From a virus (Duplodnaviria > Caudoviricetes): a stretch of DNA of 63,080 nucleotides. Shown in pieces: positions 52,951-61,719 of the stretch. Location of the stretch: positions 1 through 63,080 of the IMG/VR virus record IMGVR_UViG_3300022562_000858; one strand, written 5' to 3'. Positions within the stretch are counted from its first letter, which is position 1. The number at the start of each line of letters is the position of its first letter. Position numbers and translations under genes: made by a program. The notes beneath the pieces were generated by a model that was not told the origin of the DNA, did no database searches, and worked only from the letters and a program-made list of their open reading frames with translations.

Positions 52951-53859
52951 ATGAGCGCTGTACTGCAGGAAAAGACCAAGCCCATCGCCGCCTACGACGA
53001 GTTTCGCGCCGAGCTCACCAAGCTGCGCGAGCTGAACAAGTCGCTGGTGTTCGACTACGAGGACCCGAAGGGCAACAAGGATGCGCGCAGCCACGTCTAC
53101 AAGCTGCGGCAAACCAGGGCTGCGGTCGACAAAGCACGCAAGGACGAGAAGGAAGAAAGCCTCGCCTACGGCCGGCGCGTCGACGCCGAGGCGAAGGAAA
53201 TCATGGAGGAAATCGAGGGCATGATCGAAGTCCACGCCAAGCCTCTCGCGGAAATCGAGGAACGCGAGAAGGCGCGCGTGAAGGCCCACGAGGACGCCTT
53301 GGCTGAAATCACCGACGATGGCGATCAGATCAAGGCGGGGTGGATGGACTACTCAGCCGGGACAATCCGCGACCACATCGAAATTGTGGAGCAGATCCCG
53401 GTCACGTCTGAGAGGTGGGAGGAATATGCCGAGCGCGCCGCCACCGTGAAGGAGAACGCCCTGACCAAGATGCGCAAGGCGCTGGGCGAGCGCGAGCGCT
53501 ACGACGCCGAGCAGGCCGAGCTGCAGCGGCTACGCGAGGAAGCGGCCGAGCGGGAAGCGAAGGAGAAGGCCGAGCGCGAGGCAGCCGAGAAGGAGCGGCG
53601 CGAGAAGGAAGCGCAGGAGCGCGAAGCCCGCATTGCGGAAGAAGCTGCGGAACGCGCGCGCCAGGAGGCCGCGGCTGAAAAGCGCCGGGAGGAAGAAGCC
53701 GCCGCCAAGCGGGCCGCCGACGAGCAGCACCGCAAGGACGTGCACGCGCGCCTCATCGACCAGTTTCAGGCGCGTGCCGGCCTTTGCATGGATGACGCCA
53801 TGCGCGTTGTTCAGGCGCTATCCGAGGGCAAGATCGAGGGCGTGAGCATCACGTACTAG
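52951..53859 (+). CDS. Coiled-coil protein (302 aa)
   Basis: GAGGA SD; Glu/Arg/Ala-rich; ends VSITY. Confidence 0.8.
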   Translation: MSAVLQEKTKPIAAYDEFRAELTKLRELNKSLVFDYEDPKGNKDARSHVYKLRQTRAAVDKARKDEKEESLAYGRRVDAEAKEIMEEIEGMIEVHAKPLAEIEEREKARVKAHEDALAEITDDGDQIKAGWMDYSAGTIRDHIEIVEQIPVTSERWEEYAERAATVKENALTKMRKALGERERYDAEQAELQRLREEAAEREAKEKAEREAAEKERREKEAQEREARIAEEAAERARQEAAAEKRREEEAAAKRAADEQHRKDVHARLIDQFQARAGLCMDDAMRVVQALSEGKIEGVSITY

Positions 53860-53863
53860 CGTC

Positions 53864-54187
53864 ATGCCTACCTCACGACAATGCACCTGTCCTGCCTACC
53901 GCTTCCTGCACCGGGAGTACAGCGGGCGCTGCGAGGGTGCGACCGGCACCTATTGCTCGGAGTGCCGGCACCCGTGCCGCGGGGAGGTCAAAGACTTCGG
54001 CATCGGGCCATACGAATATTGGGGCGCTACGGGCGTAGACAAGCAGGAGCGCCTGGTCAGCGAGTGTTGTGAGGCGTCGGTATTGAAAGGTGATGGCACG
54101 GAGTACAGCGCTGGTGAGTTCAGGTACGACGCCGAGTGCGACCGTGCCGACTACGAGAACGATCTGCGAAAGGATGAAGGCTATTGA
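53864..54187 (+). CDS. Cys-rich hypothetical protein (107 aa)
   Basis: CTCPAY, DFGIGPYEYWG, SECCEA. Confidence 0.7.
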   Translation: MPTSRQCTCPAYRFLHREYSGRCEGATGTYCSECRHPCRGEVKDFGIGPYEYWGATGVDKQERLVSECCEASVLKGDGTEYSAGEFRYDAECDRADYENDLRKDEGY

Positions 54188-54292
54188 TCAATGTCCGGCC
54201 CTGCTGCGCTGAGCGTGTAGAGCCACGGTGAACATAGGAAACCATCGAAGCAGGCCAACAGGGTGTCCGGGCACCAACCAGAGGGTAACAAA

Positions 54293-54475
54293 ATGAGCGA
54301 AACAGACTATCCGGTACTTGTTTTCGTGGGGCGTGAAAGTGATGGCGACGACGCATACCTTGTGGCGTGTTCAGAGCCAAGCGAACTATCTGTATCCGAC
54401 GGTGAGCGGACGGTTGCTGTTTATCGTTTCGAGAAAGTCGTGACCATCAGGAACAGCACAGAGATTATCGAATAG
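54293..54475 (+). CDS. Hypothetical protein (60 aa)
   Basis: GAGGG SD; flanked by 12-bp direct repeats. Confidence 0.6.
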   Translation: MSETDYPVLVFVGRESDGDDAYLVACSEPSELSVSDGERTVAVYRFEKVVTIRNSTEIIE

Positions 54476-54498
54476 TCCGGGCACCATAGGAGAGAGTG

Positions 54499-54852
54499 AT
54501 GGGATGGGATACTGATGTTCCAGACGAAATCAGGAAGGCTGGTGAAGCCTTTCTGGACGAAAGGGAGCAAATCGTAGAAGAAGCAATGAAGTCCGCGAGG
54601 GATAGATAAATCAAATCCCTCCGCGCCCAACTGGCCGACGCGCAGGCCAAGCTGGAAGCTAGTGTAGGCGAAAACGTGAAGCTGAAGAGTAGACTGGAGT
54701 CGGCTACAACTGAGGCGTTACAGCAACGAGCTAAGCTGGAGCGGGCGCGGGATGCGTGGCGGCGATATACCGAGTCGGAGTTTCAGAGCACGGCCAAGTT
54801 GAAGGCACGCATCGAACTGAACAGCGTCCTTAGCGACGAGGGAGGCGAGTGA
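54499..54852 (+). pseudogene. Coiled-coil gene interrupted by in-frame TAA (54607-54609)
   Basis: AGGAG SD; frame continues past TAA (RDR*IKSLRAQL) to a TGATG junction. Confidence 0.65.
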
Positions 54853-55064
54853 TGAAACAAACAACCTCAGCACAGAACGAACAATGTAAAAACTGCGGGG
54901 GTATACACATAGGCTCGCACTACTGCCCCTTTGCTGTGCCATATAGTGTTGACGATCCTATCGGTATCGCGAGAGGGCTAGAGGGGACCTGTTCTACTAT
55001 GGACAAGCAATCAGGTGTACGAAGGATGGAGATACAAAACATGAGCGACAAGGGAGGCGAGTGA
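54852..55064 (+). CDS. Hypothetical protein (70 aa)
   Basis: GGAGG SD, TGATG coupling; CKNCGG.H. Confidence 0.6.
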   Translation: MKQTTSAQNEQCKNCGGIHIGSHYCPFAVPYSVDDPIGIARGLEGTCSTMDKQSGVRRMEIQNMSDKGGE

Positions 55065-55294
55065 TGGAGCCGGTTCGCTGGCTCGTCGCGGAAGCCGCCG
55101 CCCTCGGTGGCGGGAACTTGTGCGCGAGCGGCCATGATTGGTTCGCAGAAGGCGGGCGGGCGTGCCCCGTGAGCGGTCATCCCTCTTGTTCGCAGCCCGT
55201 GTTTCGGTGCGCTCGGTGCGGGGAATACGACTATGGTTATGACGGCGGACCGGGCGCAGCGCATTGTACAAAGCATTGCAAGGGATGCGAGTGA
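55064..55294 (+). CDS. Cys-rich hypothetical protein (76 aa)
   Basis: GGAGG SD, TGATG coupling. Confidence 0.65.
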   Translation: MEPVRWLVAEAAALGGGNLCASGHDWFAEGGRACPVSGHPSCSQPVFRCARCGEYDYGYDGGPGAAHCTKHCKGCE

Positions 55295-55473
55295 TGACTC
55301 CTGATAATGCCAAGAAAAATGTTGCTGCCTATAACGACGGCTACAAAGAGGGCTACCGCGCCGCAATCGATGACGTGAAAGCACAGTTTCTCAAAAACGC
55401 TGAAACCAGCCACGGTCCTTACTCCTGGCAAGCTGCAGTGATGGCGATTGATGCGATGAGTAAGGAGGGGTGA
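55294..55473 (+). CDS. Hypothetical protein (59 aa)
   Basis: TGATG coupling. Confidence 0.55.
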   Translation: MTPDNAKKNVAAYNDGYKEGYRAAIDDVKAQFLKNAETSHGPYSWQAAVMAIDAMSKEG

Positions 55474-55688
55474 TGACGTTTGAAGAATGCTGGAAAGAGT
55501 TTGGGCAATACGCACCCAACGACAACAAAGAGCTTTGTCGCAGGTTCTACCGCGCCGCGCTGGAGGAAGCTGCTGACGCAGCAGAAGAAAAGGCCCAAGA
55601 CTATGCCGCACTAGATGGTGCAGAACAGGAGTACGCGATGTGGGCTTTCCATGCTCGATGGCTCCGCGAGCGGGCGAAGGAGGGGTGA
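55473..55688 (+). CDS. Hypothetical protein (71 aa)
   Basis: AGGAGG SD, TGATG coupling. Confidence 0.6.
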   Translation: MTFEECWKEFGQYAPNDNKELCRRFYRAALEEAADAAEEKAQDYAALDGAEQEYAMWAFHARWLRERAKEG

Positions 55689-55900
55689 TGAACGAAAGGC
55701 AGGCTAATCAATTTAACAACATGCTGCGCGTGCTTCGTCGTATTGCGAGGGACTATCAAACCGCTGATCTCCTGCTCAAATACGGCGAACGCGATTACGG
55801 TATTTCAGGCTGTGAGGCGCTAGAAATGGCCTATGACAACATACAGCAAGAAGCGCGCAATGCAGTTTTCCGGGTCAGGCCAATAGAATGCGACTCCTGA
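55688..55900 (+). CDS. Hypothetical protein (70 aa)
   Basis: AGGAGG SD; EALEMAYDNIQQEA. Confidence 0.65.
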   Translation: MNERQANQFNNMLRVLRRIARDYQTADLLLKYGERDYGISGCEALEMAYDNIQQEARNAVFRVRPIECDS

Positions 55901-55928
55901 CCATCACTGAGGCGGCCGAGAGGTTCAC

Positions 55929-56528
55929 ATGACCGAAGCCTACCCACTCCAATGGCCCGAGGGCTGGAAGCGCACACCGCCGCACCGCCGGCAAACGTCA
56001 CGCTATCAGGTCAACTTCGCCAAGGCCCGCGACGACCTCATTGCCGAGCTGGTGCGCCTGGAGTACCGCAACAAGGGCCGCGTGGTGATTTCTACAAACG
56101 TCGCGCTGCGTCGAGACAACATCCCCTACGCGAACCAGCGCGAGCCGGACGACCCCGGCGTGGCGGTGTACTTCCTGCGCGAGAACAAGCAGCACGTCAT
56201 CGCCTGCGACGCTTGGCGCAAGGTCAAGGACAACGTGCGCGCCTGCGGCCTGACCATCCAAGCGCTGCGGATGCTGGACCGCACCGGGGCGTCGGGGATT
56301 CTGGATCGTGCGTTCAGCGGATTCCAGCAGTTGCCGGGGCCGGATGCCGTGCAGTCGTGGTCAGTTGTGCTCGGTGTGCACCCCACAGACTCGCACGCCC
56401 ACATCCGCTACGAGTACCAGAGACTCCGTAAAATTCACCATCCCGACCACGGCGGCGACGCTGAAAGGTTCCGGCGCGTGCAGGATGCGTGGATTCAGTA
56501 CAACAAGCAACTGAACAGGACGGCTTGA
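55929..56528 (+). CDS. Phage J-domain protein (199 aa)
   Basis: AYPLQWPEGW N-terminus; C-terminal VLGV..HHPDHGG. Confidence 0.85.
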   Translation: MTEAYPLQWPEGWKRTPPHRRQTSRYQVNFAKARDDLIAELVRLEYRNKGRVVISTNVALRRDNIPYANQREPDDPGVAVYFLRENKQHVIACDAWRKVKDNVRACGLTIQALRMLDRTGASGILDRAFSGFQQLPGPDAVQSWSVVLGVHPTDSHAHIRYEYQRLRKIHHPDHGGDAERFRRVQDAWIQYNKQLNRTA

Positions 56529-56740
56529 TGGATAAGTGGCGACGTAGGCGCAAGCGCCATCTGCGGCCTATCGCGAGGCTGCCATTTTGCGACGCGCTCG
56601 ACAGAATCGACACGATGACGCGCCGGCAACGTAGGGCCTTGCTGGAAGCGATGGATAGCTGTTCGTCATCAAATTGCTGGTGGGTTGAGTACCAGGCCGC
56701 ACGGCTACTGCGTCCCTATGTCCTGGAGCGGCCGCATTGA
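56528..56740 (+). CDS. Hypothetical basic protein (70 aa)
   Basis: TGATG coupling; SNCWWVEY. Confidence 0.55.
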   Translation: MDKWRRRRKRHLRPIARLPFCDALDRIDTMTRRQRRALLEAMDSCSSSNCWWVEYQAARLLRPYVLERPH

Positions 56741-57003
56741 CCGTCTACGTCGATACGATGCGAGCCATCAACGGGCGCATGGTCATGTGCCACATGGCCG
56801 CCGACACGACTTCTGAGCTCGTAGCGATGGCCGACCGGATCGGGGTGGCCCAGCGGTGGATTCAGCATCCGGGCACCTACCGCGAGCACTTCGACATCTG
56901 CCTGAGCAAGCGACGGGACGCGCTGGCGGCCGGTGCCGTGGAAGTGTCCATGATGGACCTGGTTCGCCTCATGCAGAGAAAACGTCGCACACATCATGAC
57001 TGA
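56737..57003 (+). CDS. DUF4031-like protein (88 aa)
   Basis: TVYVD..MCHMAAD..EL..MA.RIG..WIQ..HFDI..KR..A..GA. Confidence 0.8.
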   Translation: MTVYVDTMRAINGRMVMCHMAADTTSELVAMADRIGVAQRWIQHPGTYREHFDICLSKRRDALAAGAVEVSMMDLVRLMQRKRRTHHD

Positions 57004-57039
57004 CCCACTTCTCACCGTCGCTGAGGCCTCCGAGCTGCC

Positions 57040-57231
57040 ATGCTGATCAGGCTGTCGGAGTGGATAAAGCGGGAGTATGACCCCGCGTCCCGCCCGGATC
57101 TGCGGACCGAACGCCGCAGGATAGCCCGCGGCGAGTTCCCCTACTACGTTGAACAGCGTGGGCGTATTCTCTATGTCGATCCCGAGCGCCCAGCCTCGAG
57201 CGACCTGGTCCAAAAGGTGTTGAACGCATGA
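57040..57231 (+). CDS. xis: Excisionase (63 aa)
   Basis: LIRLSEW..P..RT.RR..GE..GR..YVD, lambda-Xis-like; ATGA-coupled to int. Confidence 0.75.
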   Translation: MLIRLSEWIKREYDPASRPDLRTERRRIARGEFPYYVEQRGRILYVDPERPASSDLVQKVLNA

Positions 57232-58325
57232 GCCCACGCAGCCGCTCGCCCCGCAACCGTGACCTGCCACCACACTTGTACGTTGACGAGCACGGATACC
57301 GCTATCGGCGTCCGGACGGCAAGGAGGTTCGTGTCGGGCAGGATCGCCAGGCTGCGGTAAGCGCCGCGCTGGAGCTCAATCGCCACTTCTACGGCTCGCT
57401 GGCTGATCGCGTGACACGCGACGCCGGGCGCACTGTGAGCGCATTCCTTGATAAACACCTTGACGTGATCATGCGTGAGCGCGAACTAGCGCCTGCTACG
57501 AAGCGGGATTGGCGCGACAAAGAGAAGAAGATTCGGGAGGCTTTCGGAGACCGTGTGCCGGCCACCATCACGCTGGGAGAGTGCTCGGCGTTCCTGAGTG
57601 CAATGACGCCCTACCAATCGAACCACTACCGCACTCAATGCAATGTGCTGTGGCGGTACATGATCGTTCATGGCTGGCTCGGCGAACGGCCCTATAACCC
57701 CTGGCCTGACACTCTCACGCGCCGTACGAAGGTCTCACGAGAACGTCTGACGCTCGACGCCTACCGTGCGATCTGGACGGCAGCGAGCGAGCTGCCCAAG
57801 GTCGGTACGTCGATCCAGAATGGGATGGATCTGGCGCTCCACACTCTCGCGCGCAGAGCGGATATCTCCAAGTGGCGCCGGACTGACTACGAGCGGGAGG
57901 CACAGACGCTGCAGGTGATCCAATCCAAGACCGGTGCCGCAATACGCTTCCACGTCGGACCGCCGCTGCGTGCAGTCTTGGAGCGGTGCTTGAATGATGG
58001 CGTGGCCTCGCAATGGATCATTCATCAGCCCGTGAGGGCGGGCAAGGGACGCATGGCGCACCGGCTCTCACCGGAGAGCCTGACGCGCGGGTTCAAAGAG
58101 GCGCGGGATCGGACCGGACTGTACGATACACTACCAGAGGGGAGAACGCCGCCGAGCTTCCACGAGATTCGTGCGCTCGGGGCAGAACTATATCGAAAGG
58201 CGGGGCTCGATGAGAGGGAGATTCAACAACTACTCGGGCATGAGGATGTGCGTCAGACAAAGGTCTATCTCAGCCGCCACGAGCGCGAGTACACAGACGT
58301 GTTCGGTGGCCTGATTCTCACATGA
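57228..58325 (+). CDS. int: Tyrosine integrase (365 aa)
   Basis: N-terminal arm-binding domain; ARRADI, FHEIRAL, LLGH, TKVY catalytic motifs. Confidence 0.95.
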   Translation: MSPRSRSPRNRDLPPHLYVDEHGYRYRRPDGKEVRVGQDRQAAVSAALELNRHFYGSLADRVTRDAGRTVSAFLDKHLDVIMRERELAPATKRDWRDKEKKIREAFGDRVPATITLGECSAFLSAMTPYQSNHYRTQCNVLWRYMIVHGWLGERPYNPWPDTLTRRTKVSRERLTLDAYRAIWTAASELPKVGTSIQNGMDLALHTLARRADISKWRRTDYEREAQTLQVIQSKTGAAIRFHVGPPLRAVLERCLNDGVASQWIIHQPVRAGKGRMAHRLSPESLTRGFKEARDRTGLYDTLPEGRTPPSFHEIRALGAELYRKAGLDEREIQQLLGHEDVRQTKVYLSRHEREYTDVFGGLILT

Positions 58326-58326
58326 A

Positions 58327-58514
<188 letters not shown>

Positions 58515-58515
<1 letters not shown>

Positions 58516-59000
58516 TGGCTGCAGCCCTTCCAGTGAAACTCACCATGTCCCAAGTCGTTGCGCAGATGCTCAAGATGGAGGACGGGCGCGTGCAGACGGA
58601 TCGCTTCGTACAGGCGCTCAGACAAGCGATCGGTGAGGATTGGTACAAGGAACGCCCGCACGATCGGATCGTGCCTGACGCCTTCCTGGTGGACGAGAAG
58701 GCCAAAGAAGTGGTGGTCTACGAAATCGAGGACACGCACCGCCTGACGCCAGAAAAGCTCGACCTCATCATCGACTACCTGTACTCGGTCGATGAGTTCG
58801 GCTGGTCGTTACGCTGCGTGGTGATGGATCGCTACGGCGGGCACCGGCAGGAGCTTGACCTAGATGCTTTCGCTCAGGTGCTCGGTGTGTTGGCTGGCAG
58901 GGTGCATGGAGAGGCCGGGGTCATGTTTGGCCCACCGGGAGGGCCTACGAAGGATCTTGTGGAGTGGACGATCAGCAGTGCTGGTACACGTACCCCCTGA
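58515..59000 (+). CDS. attP-adjacent moron, PD-(D/E)xK-like (161 aa)
   Basis: AGAGGA SD; IVPDAFLVD..VVVYEIEDTH. Confidence 0.7.
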
Positions 59001-59247
59001 CGTACTCCGGGAGGTTCCCGGTCCGCCACCAGGCGTTGTAGTCGGCCTCGAGTACTGCTGGATGGTCCGGGAGGCCGGCAAACCGGGCAGCCATGCCAAA
59101 GACCTCCAGCTCTGAGCAGTCGTGCAGGTTCGCCAGCTCCCGTACCCACTCGTCGGGCGTGGCCGGGCCGCGCGTCGCCGGCGGGCAGATCATCAGCGCC
59201 CACACCCACAAGCCGATTCGATCAGCGAGCTCCCGCCACCGGCTCAC
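58972..59247 (-). CDS. Hypothetical protein (91 aa)
   Basis: GTGA-coupled; end of lysis operon. Confidence 0.55.
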   Translation of the reverse strand: MSRWRELADRIGLWVWALMICPPATRGPATPDEWVRELANLHDCSELEVFGMAARFAGLPDHPAVLEADYNAWWRTGNLPEYVRGYVYQHC

Positions 59248-59591
59248 TCACCGGCACGCTCAAGGAGCTTGGTCTGCCGCTGATAGAGCACGCCGAGCTG
59301 CTGCACCAGAAGCTCCCGGCGGCGGACGTCGTAGGGCGGGAGGTTCTGCCCCTGGCTGTTCAGCCGTTCCTCGGTCAGCGCGAGGCGCTCCAACTGGTCC
59401 GTGATCCGCTCGATTTCGATGTTCGTGATCACGAGCGCGGTAGATGCCTGGTCCTGCTCGCGCAGCTCAGCGGCAACCGCTTGGCGCAGGTAGGTGTGGT
59501 CGACCGCCAGCGTCGCGCCGACGATCGCTACCACCGCGGCCACCACGGCCGAGATGGTCTTGGCCCCGGCCTCGACCCCGAGCAGCTTCAC
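59244..59591 (-). CDS. N-terminal TM plus coiled-coil protein (115 aa)
   Basis: TISAVVAAVVAIVGATLAV; GTGA-coupled. Confidence 0.65.
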   Translation of the reverse strand: MKLLGVEAGAKTISAVVAAVVAIVGATLAVDHTYLRQAVAAELREQDQASTALVITNIEIERITDQLERLALTEERLNSQGQNLPPYDVRRRELLVQQLGVLYQRQTKLLERAGE

Positions 59592-59857
59592 TTCGCCTCC
59601 AACTCGCTGTGAATGCTATCGAGCTGGTCCTTGCGGTCATCCCCCCAGCGTAGCCGTTCCTCGATGATGCGCACGGCCTCGAGCATGTTGTCGTCGGGCG
59701 ACCCCTTTGGCGGCGGTGCGATGGACGGCGCCGGCGGCGAGTCCGCGACTACCGCCGGTAACTCAATGACCTGGTGCACCTTCGGCGTCGGCGCCGTCGC
59801 GCAGCTCCATGTAGCGGCGCAGGCAAGGGTCAATAGGACGAGTCGAGCAGTTTTCAT
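59588..59857 (-). CDS. o-spanin-like lipoprotein (89 aa)
   Basis: Signal peptide with Cys, Pro-rich; overlaps the 3' end of the i-spanin-like gene. Confidence 0.6.
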   Translation of the reverse strand: MKTARLVLLTLACAATWSCATAPTPKVHQVIELPAVVADSPPAPSIAPPPKGSPDDNMLEAVRIIEERLRWGDDRKDQLDSIHSELEAK

Positions 59858-60104
59858 CGGTCTGTTCCTCGGTCTGCCGAATGACGCGCAAGGAGCGTTT
59901 CAGGCGCGCAATCTCGCGCTGGGCGCGTGCGCGCTCAGAGGCGATACCACGATCCCGGCGGTCCTTTAGCATCGTAGCGGCCTGTTCATTCCAAACCGAC
60001 GCCATTTCCGCTTGGCCGACCTGCTTCCCAGCGATGTGACCGGTCCAGTAGCCGCCCACGCCGCCGAGCACCATCCCGACGGCGAGGGCGAGGTACTTGA
60101 TCAC
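59763..60104 (-). CDS. i-spanin-like protein (113 aa)
   Basis: N-terminal TM, coiled coil, two C-terminal Cys. Confidence 0.65.
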   Translation of the reverse strand: MIKYLALAVGMVLGGVGGYWTGHIAGKQVGQAEMASVWNEQAATMLKDRRDRGIASERARAQREIARLKRSLRVIRQTEEQTDENCSTRPIDPCLRRYMELRDGADAEGAPGH

Positions 60105-60604
60105 TGCGCGGGCGCCGGATCGGTCGTACCACCGGAACCACCGCTGGACCCGGTAGAAGCGGGCGGCGGGTTCGTGGTGGTGTCGTTGCCAGCGCTACCG
60201 TCATTGCCGGTGAAATTGATATTGCCCCCGGCACTGAACTGCTGGCCCGCCGCTCCGAACGCAGCCTTCAAGATGTCAGCGTTGTATTGCGATTGCACCT
60301 GCGTGGTCTTGTTGTTTTGCTGGATGCCGTAATACTGCACGCCGGCATTCAGGAAACCGACCGCCAGCGTCGTCCCAGCCTGGACCAGCACGCCCGTCGG
60401 ATCTGTCGGTGCGGTCAGTGTGCAGCCGTCGTTGACGCGCAACGGTTGGCTCGCACCGGGCACCGGTACCTCGAGACTTTTCTGGTTCCCGGGGTCTTGG
60501 CAGCCCTGCACATAGAGCCGATAGTTCTTGCTGTAGCCGGCGCAGCCGCCGAGCAGTACAGCGCTAACCAACGCGATCGTCAGGGCTCTCAGGATCACTT
60601 TCAT
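60101..60604 (-). CDS. Lipoprotein in lysis cassette (167 aa)
   Basis: LLGGC lipobox; Gly/Ser/Thr-rich tail. Confidence 0.7.
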   Translation of the reverse strand: MKVILRALTIALVSAVLLGGCAGYSKNYRLYVQGCQDPGNQKSLEVPVPGASQPLRVNDGCTLTAPTDPTGVLVQAGTTLAVGFLNAGVQYYGIQQNNKTTQVQSQYNADILKAAFGAAGQQFSAGGNINFTGNDGSAGNDTTTNPPPASTGSSGGSGGTTDPAPAQ

Positions 60605-60848
60605 GGTCTCTACCTCTGCGCCAGAAGCGGCGCGTTTCGTGGAAGGTGCGCCCGGCCGTGTACAGGCCGAAGATCACACCGGCGACACTGAAAACGATTT
60701 CAACCAGGTCCACGACCTCGGGCGTCAGGTTCGATCGCCGCATAGCCCAAATCAGGACGATGGTCGAAATCACTACCCACCACAGCAAGATCAGCCGCCG
60801 GACGATGCGGCGCTCGTCCAGCAGCTTTAGAAACTCGTCAATGCTCAT
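60564..60848 (-). CDS. Putative holin (2 TM, 94 aa)
   Basis: Two hydrophobic helices, charged C-terminus, next to endolysin. Confidence 0.65.
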   Translation of the reverse strand: MSIDEFLKLLDERRIVRRLILLWWVVISTIVLIWAMRRSNLTPEVVDLVEIVFSVAGVIFGLYTAGRTFHETRRFWRRGRDHESDPESPDDRVG

Positions 60849-61345
60849 GGAATGGTGAAGGCCTGGTGACGGTTGCCTTCGGACCGGTAGCTCACGTGCA
60901 CCCAGCCGGACCGCGGATCACCAGCCTTCGGAAACTCGCGAATGCACTGGTCGAACTCGCGGATATTCTGCAGGCACCATTCCCACAGATCGTCGTTGGC
61001 AACGCCAGGCACTTCGATGTCAGCCGCCTCGCCCTTGGGGTGCGACTTGAGCGCGAAGTAGATGGGCCATGATCGTTCGTTGTAGAGGTGGCCCGTCTTG
61101 CGACACCAGGACTCGAAGCCGTTTTCGTAGGTCAGTCTCCGCTCGACATCCTCGCAACGGAACCAGCTCGACGGCGAGAACGGCACATTGAAGTGATCGC
61201 GTATGTCGTCCAGCACCATTTCGGCCAGCATCTTGGCCGCTTCGAGCTGCACCGGCCCCGGCGTGTTGTCGATTCCGTGGCGTGCGGCTATCTGAGAGCG
61301 GGATACTTCGTGCTCCCAAAAATGACGCGATATACGCTGGCTCAT
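60845..61345 (-). CDS. Endolysin, peptidase M15A family (166 aa)
   Basis: SSWFRC, SHPKGEAADI, WVHVS zinc-peptidase motifs. Confidence 0.88.
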   Translation of the reverse strand: MSQRISRHFWEHEVSRSQIAARHGIDNTPGPVQLEAAKMLAEMVLDDIRDHFNVPFSPSSWFRCEDVERRLTYENGFESWCRKTGHLYNERSWPIYFALKSHPKGEAADIEVPGVANDDLWEWCLQNIREFDQCIREFPKAGDPRSGWVHVSYRSEGNRHQAFTIP

Positions 61346-61683
61346 CGTGCATCCTTGAGCCTGTCTTTCCGCTCGGACCGCATTTCACGTAGCTCCCGGT
61401 CAAGGTGCCCCATCATCTCGTCGATCCGCTTGGCGTATTCGATCTGACGGTTCACCGTCCACACCTTTTCCGCGCTTTCCTCCACCTTGTCGACACGTTT
61501 GGTCAGTGCTGCCAGACGTTCCTCCATCACTTGTCCGGTGACGTACCCGCTGGCCAGAGCCGTAAACGCCGCAATCACGAAGGCTTCGATAAGCCGGGTA
61601 GTGTTCAGTTGCGGGCCGTGTCCGCCCGGTGGCCTGGTCGTCGCCAGCGGCGCGAGGAATGGGATCAGGTCATGGACGTTCAT
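61342..61683 (-). CDS. Membrane-anchored coiled-coil protein (holin/antiholin candidate)
   Basis: One TM plus coiled coil; upstream of endolysin; GGAG SD. Confidence 0.6.
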   Translation of the reverse strand: MNVHDLIPFLAPLATTRPPGGHGPQLNTTRLIEAFVIAAFTALASGYVTGQVMEERLAALTKRVDKVEESAEKVWTVNRQIEYAKRIDEMMGHLDRELREMRSERKDRLKDAR

Positions 61684-61719
61684 CGCTCCCCCGTTTCAAC
61701 AGAATTTCCCCCAGGATCA

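Noticed and set aside
54190-54262. Hammerhead ribozyme in an intergenic stem
   Set aside because: Has CTGAGCG rather than the CTGANGA core and no correctly placed GAAA; only the outer stem is supported
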